Shown piece by piece: positions 44,061 through 50,115 of a stretch of 50,115 nucleotides of DNA. Numbering within the stretch: the stretch's first letter is position 1; every line of letters starts with the position of its first letter. The notes under the pieces were generated by a model. The model was given only the letters and a program-made list of their open reading frames with translations. It was not told where the DNA came from and ran no database searches. This DNA is from Phycisphaerales bacterium (GTDB lineage Bacteria; Planctomycetota; Phycisphaerae; Sedimentisphaerales; Anaerobacaceae): contig DSDB01000614.1 in assembly GCA_011057845.1 (NCBI GenBank), forward strand, positions 1-50,115. The letters are read 5' to 3'. Position numbers and translations under genes: made by a program.

Positions 44061-45245
44061 CTAGATAAAGTCCAGGAGCGAGATCGAGATGAGCTTGCCT
44101 GCAACCGCCAGCGACATCTCATAGAGAACTTGCCGCCTGGACAGGTCGATAGCCACTTGGGTGATGTCCGCATCCCGCAAACCCGAGGCCTCGTCCTCAG
44201 TGTTGTACTGGATGTCCTCCAGCATCTCGCGAAGGCGGTCGAGAAACCCTACCTTTGAGCCCACCGAGGTGGTCTTTTCAACCAGGAGGTTTCGGACTTC
44301 ATCCAGTGCCCCCATGGATACGTTCCGCAACTCGTCAATGCGCCCATCCGACAGGTTGCGGTCATTGAATAGCAGGTCGCGAATATTGATCAGGGTCTCG
44401 AAGACGTCGTGAGTGCCCTCAAAAGACACCATATCGACCCCTGTCTGTGTGATGCCCGTCGTATCGACGAACAGGACCTTGCCCGTTCGGGAGTCCACCA
44501 CCGCCTGGTTGGCGGTGCCGTCGGCATTGACCCAGGTCCGGCCGTCGTCGATGGACAGCTCAAATGTGCCGTCCGCGTTGGCGTCCGCAACGGTCAACCA
44601 GACCGTCCCGGTAACACTGCTGGTCCCGCTGCCGACGGTCGCGCCCGTCTCCCCATAAACGCAACTCTGACCGCGATTCTGGACACGAAACAGGTCGTCT
44701 CCGACATAGAACGCGCCGGCATCCACCCCCGGCGCCACTTCAATCATGCGCCCATCGACCGCCCCCTGATAGGTCACGCCGATAATCCGCCCGTTCTCAC
44801 GCTGCACGGCGAACGGTGCCGAAGACGTGCCCCCTCCGCCGAACAGATACTGGTCCATGTGGCGGGCATTGGCGAAAGAGACAATCTGTTCAAGGGCGTC
44901 GTTGACCGCCTCGGCGACCCGTTCGCGCCCCGTCTGGTCGTAGGTTCCGCTGATGATCTGACTGAGGCGCACCCTCTCATCCGCCAGCACCTGGCTCATG
45001 TTCTGCATCACGTTCAGGCCGATCTCCAGCGTGTCTGTTGTCTCTGCTATCTTGGCCGTGTACTTCGCCAGGGCCCGCTGCTGGGATTCAAGCCCCAGAA
45101 TGCGGTACGCCGCCGATGGATCGTCCGAAGGCCGATTAATCCTCGCCCCGGTCGAAGCCTGCTCCTGCAGCCGCATCATCGATTTCGTGTGTAACTGCAA
45201 CGCGAAGCTGACATTGCTATAGATGCTGTTGAGGGTTCCGCCCAT
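44061..45245 (-). CDS. flgL: Hook-filament junction protein FlgL (HAP3)
   Basis: 394 aa. Flagellin-like N-terminus (LQEQASTGARINRPSDDPSAA) and C-terminus (DADITQVAIDLSRRQVLYEMSLAVAGKLISISLLDFI). Follows flgK. Confidence 0.9.
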   Translation of the reverse strand: MGGTLNSIYSNVSFALQLHTKSMMRLQEQASTGARINRPSDDPSAAYRILGLESQQRALAKYTAKIAETTDTLEIGLNVMQNMSQVLADERVRLSQIISGTYDQTGRERVAEAVNDALEQIVSFANARHMDQYLFGGGGTSSAPFAVQRENGRIIGVTYQGAVDGRMIEVAPGVDAGAFYVGDDLFRVQNRGQSCVYGETGATVGSGTSSVTGTVWLTVADANADGTFELSIDDGRTWVNADGTANQAVVDSRTGKVLFVDTTGITQTGVDMVSFEGTHDVFETLINIRDLLFNDRNLSDGRIDELRNVSMGALDEVRNLLVEKTTSVGSKVGFLDRLREMLEDIQYNTEDEASGLRDADITQVAIDLSRRQVLYEMSLAVAGKLISISLLDFI

Positions 45246-45269
45246 TGCAATCCTTCACATTCGAGGCCG

Positions 45270-47240
45270 TTACAACATGTTCATCAGAGTCATCATCGAA
45301 TTGTTGTACGTGCTCATGTACTTGGCCACCGCCTGAAACATCTGCTCGAATATCAGCAATTGAGCCGCCTGGTCGTTGATATCGACGCCGCTGATTTCGC
45401 TCTGCTGGTTCATCAGACTCTGCACCATCATCTCGATGTTGTTCTGCCGCGACAGGTTCAGCGACAGCTTATGCCCGAAATCCGTCACCATCCGGCGGTA
45501 GTACTCGCTGCAACTGACATGGCCCAGAGCACCGACCGCGGTGTCCTTCAGCGCGGCCATCGCCAGGGCGTTGGCGTTGTCGGACATCTCCGGTCCCAAC
45601 GCCGCCGCCGCGCGGGCGGGTGTGTCAATCAGATGTCGGTCGACGCTCATGTCGATGGCCCCGTTGCCGGTGAAAAACGTATTCAAACCGGCGGCGGCAA
45701 GAAAACCGGACGTGTCCGACGTCGCATAGGCGTCCACTTCAAAGTAGTCGCCCGCCGCGGTGTCGAGATCCCCGATGGACAGGGCCACCTTCAGGCCGTT
45801 GCCCACGTCAAGCCTGTCACCCGGAGCATAACCCGCCCCGATATTGAGCGTATTGACGGGGTTGCCCGAACCGTCGGTGACAACCAGTTGCAGACTCCCG
45901 CTGCCCACGGACCCCGTCCCCGAAACAGTGAACGTAAACGTGTCGTTGACGGAGCCTGTATAGACACCGGAGACGCTGATAGTCGGTGGCGATGCGCCGT
46001 GCAGGCTCGTAAGCGACGGTTCGGCCGTGACCGCCGGAAGAAAGTCAAATCGATAGTCCGTATCCGCGATGATCGTCAGCCGTGAACCGGCGTCCGACGC
46101 CGTCAGGCCGGTAATCGCCGATATCGCCGCCGCAATGTCCGCCAGCGTGTCGTTGGCCGAATCAACAGTGATGGCGTGGCGAGTCACTTGGCCTGTCGAC
46201 GTGTCCGTCAAACGGATACAGAAGCTGCCGTCCGAAACCGGCCCCTGAAAATCCGCAAGGCGGTCGCTGGGCATGATCCACCCGTCCAGCCTGGCAAAGG
46301 ACCCCGCCGAACCGACTCCCTGTACGTGCAGCGCATTCACCTGCGTCACCAGCGATTGGGCCAGCAAGTCCAGATTCGTCCGCAGGTTCGTTAGTTCGCC
46401 GTTGACCAGCGAGACCAGGGCCCCCAGCCTGCCCCCTTCGACATTCGTGCGATACTGAATAGACCCCTCCATCGCCACGCCCATCGCGTTGTCCAGTGTA
46501 AGCCCCGACACGAGCTTCTCTGTGCTGGAGCCCATCACCAGAGGCATCCCCGCGATGGTTACGTCCACGACGCCGTACTTACGCTCGTATGTCTGTACGC
46601 CAGCCAGCCTGGCAAGGTCCGCAATCGCCTGGTCCCTCTGGTCGCAGAGGTTCCCGGTCGACCCGCCGGTCGCCTGCAACCGCTCGATGTTCTCGTTAAG
46701 AGCGGCGATGCGCGAGGCGATGGAGTTGATCGACTCGATTACATTGTCGATTTCAAAGCGAATCTGCGTATCAAGAGCGCGGAGGAAGGTGCCCAGGGTG
46801 CGGAACTGGGCGGTCAGGGACTGGGCGTCGCTGACCAGTTGATTCTGCCAGACCGGCTGCGCCGGGTGAGCCGCCAGGTCCGCCATGGAACTGAAGAACC
46901 GGTCCATGGCGGCGTTGAGTCCACCGGCATTGTCGGTCAACTCACCCAGGGCCGTCTCTATCGAGGCGAACGTGATATTCTCCTGGGTCGTGAACTCCAG
47001 GGCCGACTTCTGCCGGAGAATCTCCTGTTCGAGCAGCGTGTCGATCACACGGCTGACGCCCGTCACGTTGACGCCTCCGCCCAAAAGGACCCCGTTGCGA
47101 AAAGACGAATACGCCGGCGTCAGGTCGACACGCTGCCGGTGGTAGCCTTCCGTGGCCGCGTTGGCGATATTATTGCCAATCACATCAAACGCCCGCTGGG
47201 CCGCCTTGATCCCCGTCAGACCTATCGAAATATCCGCCAT
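45270..47240 (-). CDS. flgK: Hook-filament junction protein FlgK (HAP1)
   Basis: 656 aa. N-terminal GLTGIKAAQRAFDVIGNNIANAATEGYHRQ. C-terminal GVDINDQAAQLLIFEQMFQAVAKYMSTYNNSMMTLMNM. Confidence 0.9.
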   Translation of the reverse strand: MADISIGLTGIKAAQRAFDVIGNNIANAATEGYHRQRVDLTPAYSSFRNGVLLGGGVNVTGVSRVIDTLLEQEILRQKSALEFTTQENITFASIETALGELTDNAGGLNAAMDRFFSSMADLAAHPAQPVWQNQLVSDAQSLTAQFRTLGTFLRALDTQIRFEIDNVIESINSIASRIAALNENIERLQATGGSTGNLCDQRDQAIADLARLAGVQTYERKYGVVDVTIAGMPLVMGSSTEKLVSGLTLDNAMGVAMEGSIQYRTNVEGGRLGALVSLVNGELTNLRTNLDLLAQSLVTQVNALHVQGVGSAGSFARLDGWIMPSDRLADFQGPVSDGSFCIRLTDTSTGQVTRHAITVDSANDTLADIAAAISAITGLTASDAGSRLTIIADTDYRFDFLPAVTAEPSLTSLHGASPPTISVSGVYTGSVNDTFTFTVSGTGSVGSGSLQLVVTDGSGNPVNTLNIGAGYAPGDRLDVGNGLKVALSIGDLDTAAGDYFEVDAYATSDTSGFLAAAGLNTFFTGNGAIDMSVDRHLIDTPARAAAALGPEMSDNANALAMAALKDTAVGALGHVSCSEYYRRMVTDFGHKLSLNLSRQNNIEMMVQSLMNQQSEISGVDINDQAAQLLIFEQMFQAVAKYMSTYNNSMMTLMNML

Positions 47241-47295
47241 GGTTTGATCGTTCCGCTCTGCGCCGGCCTTTTCAGTACCGGCAAACGACTTACTC

Positions 47296-47847
47296 TTAGA
47301 AACTGATGTCCATCAGGGCCCCGGCCCCGCTTCGGCCTGTCGATCCGTCGCTGCGATACGTCAACGGGCTCGATGCCGAGAGACCCGCGATCCCATTCAA
47401 CAGCAGCCCGTTGATGCGGGCGCAATCCGCCAGTAGCCCGGCCGTGGCCAGATGCCGGCTCCGCAAATGTTCGGCCAGTGTTTGCAGCCGGGCTTTTCTT
47501 TCGGCCGCCGCCGTCTTCCGCGGGCCCGTCAGGCCGTGTTCTATCCTCGTTAGTGTAATCGTCCCAGGATCGCAACCCATGCCCTGGGCGATGACCCCGC
47601 AAAGCAACCTGCGCTGCTCCTCGACCTGTGCATAATCCGCGGCATCAGCCCGAATCCGCTCAAGCAGACCGCTCATGGCGTCCGCATCGCGTTTGACAAC
47701 CCCGACGCGCAGCTCGTCGAGCCACCGCAGGCTCGTCTCCAGGTGTTTGATATCGGTGTCCAACGACTCCAACAGGGCGTCCACCGCGTCAAGACACTCA
47801 TCCGGCACGGCGGTAGCGGCGTCGAATTGTAGCTTGGCGATCACCAT
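47296..47847 (-). CDS. FlgN-like export chaperone candidate (183 aa from ATG 47847)
   Basis: Immediately upstream of flgK. Helical, with a FlgN-like pattern (LLESLDTDIKHLETSLRWLDELRVGVVKRDADAMSGLLERI). GAGG lies 5 nt upstream of ATG 47847. Track ORF extends to 47877. Confidence 0.6.
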   Translation of the reverse strand: MVIAKLQFDAATAVPDECLDAVDALLESLDTDIKHLETSLRWLDELRVGVVKRDADAMSGLLERIRADAADYAQVEEQRRLLCGVIAQGMGCDPGTITLTRIEHGLTGPRKTAAAERKARLQTLAEHLRSRHLATAGLLADCARINGLLLNGIAGLSASSPLTYRSDGSTGRSGAGALMDISF

Positions 47848-47854
47848 CGTGGCC

Positions 47855-48202
47855 TCACACGCCCTGTCCCTGATCAAGCGGTTTACCCGGTGCGGCTACC
47901 CCATCCGCTTGCAGCGACTGATAGATCTGCTTCCAAAGACCCAAGCCCCCCTGCCTGCCCAATTCGTCGGCCAGGTGGAACCAGAACAAGTCGTACGTCT
48001 GAGCGGCCGCTCCATCGACTTCAAAACCCCACTGCCCGACCGATTCCTTCATCTGCTCCAGAACACGGTGCATCAGAACCGACTCGAACTGCTTGGCGAA
48101 CTCCATCTTCTTGGCGTCTATGATCGGAGCGGTGGTATCCAACTTGCCAACAAGGTTCGCGACGCTCACGGGCGAGTTTGCGGTCAAATGGTCGACACTC
48201 AT
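47855..48202 (-). CDS. flgJ: Rod-binding protein (FlgJ N-terminal domain only, no muramidase domain)
   Basis: 115 aa. FAKQFESVLMHRVLEQMKES...DLFWFHLADELGRQGGLGLWKQI matches the Rod_binding domain pattern. The gene ends there. Confidence 0.75.
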   Translation of the reverse strand: MSVDHLTANSPVSVANLVGKLDTTAPIIDAKKMEFAKQFESVLMHRVLEQMKESVGQWGFEVDGAAAQTYDLFWFHLADELGRQGGLGLWKQIYQSLQADGVAAPGKPLDQGQGV

Positions 48203-48214
48203 GGACAGTCCCTC

Positions 48215-49381
48215 CTACATCGGTTCAATTCTGGCCTGCAGCGCACCGGCCGCCTTGAGGGCGTTGAAGATTGCCACAAGATCGCGCGGCGTCGCGCCGA
48301 TGGCGTTCAGCGCCTTGGCCAATTCCGATACGGTAACAACGTGCTCAACGGGAATCAGATAGGTCTCGGTTTCTTCGACGCCGACGAACGTATCCGGCAC
48401 CCGCTCGGTCGTGCCGGCGTTCGAGAACGGGGCCGTCGGCTGCGAAACAATCTCCGTCTCCTTGACCTTGACCACGAGACTGCCCTGTGAAATGGCCACC
48501 GGCGAAATGCCCACGTTCTCTCCCACAACGATGGTGCCCGTACGTTCGTTGATCACGACCACGGCGGGATAGTCCACCTTCACATCCGGCAGGCAGATCT
48601 GATCGATGAACCCGGCAATGCCCGATGTGGGAACCGCCTCCGGGATGCGGACGCGAACGGCCCCCGCATCCGCCACCTGCGCAGCATCCGGGTATAATTG
48701 GTTGATCGCCTTGCCGATACGTTCTATCGTCGCAAAGTCGTTGTTTCGAAGCAGCAGCGTAATAAAGCGGCCCTGCGGCGTGGTCTGCCAGAACTGCGAC
48801 AGCTCTGCACGCTCCACGGTGGCCCCGCTGGCAATCCGGCCGACCGTCAGGTGATTCTTGGAAACCGACGCCTGACTGCCTGAGGCCCCCCACCCGCCCA
48901 GACTCACCGGACCTGAGGCCACGGCGTACACGTTTCCGTCAAGACCCTTGAGTTCCGTCGGCAGAAGCATCCCCCCCTGAAGGCTCTTGGCGTTGCCCAC
49001 GGACGACACATCCACATCCAGCCGCATCCCCTCACGATCGAACGGTCCCAGCTTCGCGCTGACCAGCACCAGCGCCAGATTGCCCGTAGTCAGGTCCGAG
49101 GGCGAAACGGTGATGCTGTCGTTGCGCAGCAGGCTTGCAAGCACCTGTCTGGACGGCACACTCGAATCGCCCGTGTCGGCCAGCCCCACCACCAGGCCGA
49201 AACCCGTCAACGGGTTATCCCGGACACCCTGAATATCGACAATGTCCTTGATGCGCTCAGCGCGGGCGGCCGAAGCCATACACAGAACCGCCGCCACAAG
49301 CAGCCAGCCCCGCGCGAAACCCGCCGATCCGGCATATCTTTGCCGGAGCCTCATGAGTCGGCTTTCACAGCGTTCCATCAT
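48215..49381 (-). CDS. flgI: P-ring protein FlgI
   Basis: 388 aa. Signal peptide, then ERIKDIVDIQGVRDNPLTGFGLVVGLADTGD. C-terminal VSELAKALNAIGATPRDLVAIFNALKAAGALQARIE. Confidence 0.95.
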   Translation of the reverse strand: MMERCESRLMRLRQRYAGSAGFARGWLLVAAVLCMASAARAERIKDIVDIQGVRDNPLTGFGLVVGLADTGDSSVPSRQVLASLLRNDSITVSPSDLTTGNLALVLVSAKLGPFDREGMRLDVDVSSVGNAKSLQGGMLLPTELKGLDGNVYAVASGPVSLGGWGASGSQASVSKNHLTVGRIASGATVERAELSQFWQTTPQGRFITLLLRNNDFATIERIGKAINQLYPDAAQVADAGAVRVRIPEAVPTSGIAGFIDQICLPDVKVDYPAVVVINERTGTIVVGENVGISPVAISQGSLVVKVKETEIVSQPTAPFSNAGTTERVPDTFVGVEETETYLIPVEHVVTVSELAKALNAIGATPRDLVAIFNALKAAGALQARIEPM

Positions 49382-49391
49382 TTCATCTACC

Positions 49392-50006
49392 TCAGAAGGG
49401 CCAGACCTTGTCGAATATGGAGCCCAGCCAGCCGGGCTTGTTGTACGGAGCGGCCACGCCGGAGTGTCGCGTCACGATCCGGAAGTTGGCCACCTGTTCG
49501 CTCTTGACGACATTTCCAAAGCTGATATCACTTGGCTTGACGATGCCGCTGACCTCGATAACCTGGAGGTCGTCGGCGATGTTGCGGCTTCGCGTCCCCA
49601 TCACCACGAGGTTGCCGTTGGGCATGACATCCATCACGACCACCGTGATCATGTCCGTAAAGCTGCGTTCATCCTTATAGTCCGCCTTGCCCTTGAGTTC
49701 ATTGGCGGATTTCGCCGACATGGTGAACCCCGGAATGCTCGGCAGAATATGGTCGATGCCCAGCTCTCCGTCAAACGTCGTGGACCGGCTGACTTCTTTC
49801 TTGAGGTCGCGCTTCGCCTTGTTGTCGATCTTGCTGTCCTCAGTGACGGCAATGGTCAGCACGTCTCCGATCTCGCGGGCGGTATCGTCCGCGTAGAACG
49901 AGCGCGAACCCGCCAGCCGCTTCGCGTAGATGGAATCGGCGAAAACCGGCTTCACCTCCGCGGCGACAAGGCATACCATGATCACATAGAGCATCCGTAT
50001 CTTCAT
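49392..50006 (-). CDS. flgH: L-ring protein FlgH (204 aa from ATG 50006)
   Basis: FYADDTAREIGDVLTIAVTEDSKIDNKAKRDLKKE and LVVMGTRSRNIADDLQVIEVSGIVKPSDI are FlgH hallmarks. AAGGAG lies 6 nt upstream of ATG 50006. Confidence 0.9.
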   Translation of the reverse strand: MKIRMLYVIMVCLVAAEVKPVFADSIYAKRLAGSRSFYADDTAREIGDVLTIAVTEDSKIDNKAKRDLKKEVSRSTTFDGELGIDHILPSIPGFTMSAKSANELKGKADYKDERSFTDMITVVVMDVMPNGNLVVMGTRSRNIADDLQVIEVSGIVKPSDISFGNVVKSEQVANFRIVTRHSGVAAPYNKPGWLGSIFDKVWPF

Positions 50007-50019
50007 TATCACTCCTTGC

Positions 50020-50115
50020 TTAGAATACCGGCTCCACCGTGCCTTCATCACGGACCTTGCAGATGATGACCCGCTGCGAGTCGATATTCTGAACCTTGAT
50101 GAACTGTCCGGTGCC
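50020..50115 (-). CDS. flgA: FlgA C-terminal fragment (gene continues beyond the window)
   Basis: My own translation of the minus strand gives GTGQFIKVQNIDSQRVIICKVRDEGTVEPVF-stop. This is the typical C-terminal SAF/beta-clip pattern of FlgA (G..I.V.N..S.r.v.g.V...G.V.V), upstream of flgH. Confidence 0.6.
   Translation of the reverse strand, partial: GTGQFIKVQNIDSQRVIICKVRDEGTVEPVF

Noticed and set aside
1-50115. Search for mobile elements, tRNA/rRNA genes, CRISPR arrays, toxin-antitoxin or defence-system genes flanking the glycosylation island.
   Set aside because: No transposase, integrase or recombinase motifs were seen. There were no direct repeats bounding 28780-43927, no tRNA-like cloverleaf regions and no repeat-spacer periodicity. 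The island shows no visible mobility signature in this window.

Overview
High-GC 50-kb segment, almost fully coding and dominated by flagellar genes of a diderm bacterium (L-ring and P-ring genes are present). No rRNA, tRNA, CRISPR array, transposase or integrase was recognised.

Layout:
- (a) A 5'-truncated ~24-repeat TPR protein, a sigma54-dependent activator with a degenerate receiver domain, and a FlgM-like gene.
- (b) A minus-strand filament block: fliC, fliS, a TPR-GT41 glycosyltransferase and a membrane protein. It is flanked by a GT4 gene and by fliK with a collapsed TPR-GT9 remnant.
- (c) A 9-kb plus-strand operon: flgB-flgC-fliE-fliF-fliG-fliH-fliI-fliJ, a ylxF-like gene, motA, and two tandem motB paralogs.
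- (d) fliO-fliP-fliQ-fliR-flhB.
- (e) Minus-strand fliD.
- (f) A 15-kb island of six co-oriented glycosylation genes. One encodes a 2,292-aa protein with about seven glycosyltransferase-type modules. Another encodes a 1,252-aa fusion of a glycosyltransferase, two methyltransferases and a deacetylase.
- (g) Minus-strand flgA(partial)-flgH-flgI-flgJ(rod-binding only)-flgN-flgK-flgL.

Regulation readable from the DNA:
- Near-consensus sigma54 promoters (TGGCACG-N4-TTGCA) lie upstream of flgB and fliO. A close variant lies upstream of the glycosylation island.
- Sigma28-type promoters with identical geometry (T[A/C]AAG-N16-CGA[A/T]AA) lie upstream of the flgM-like gene, fliC and fliD.

Main hypothesis: the island is a flagellar-regulon-embedded, exporter-less, cytoplasmic glycan assembly system acting on flagellin, of unusual size and degree of domain fusion.

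Limits: all family calls come from motif recognition in the translations, with no database searches. Motif coordinates were indexed by hand and may be off by 1-2 nt.
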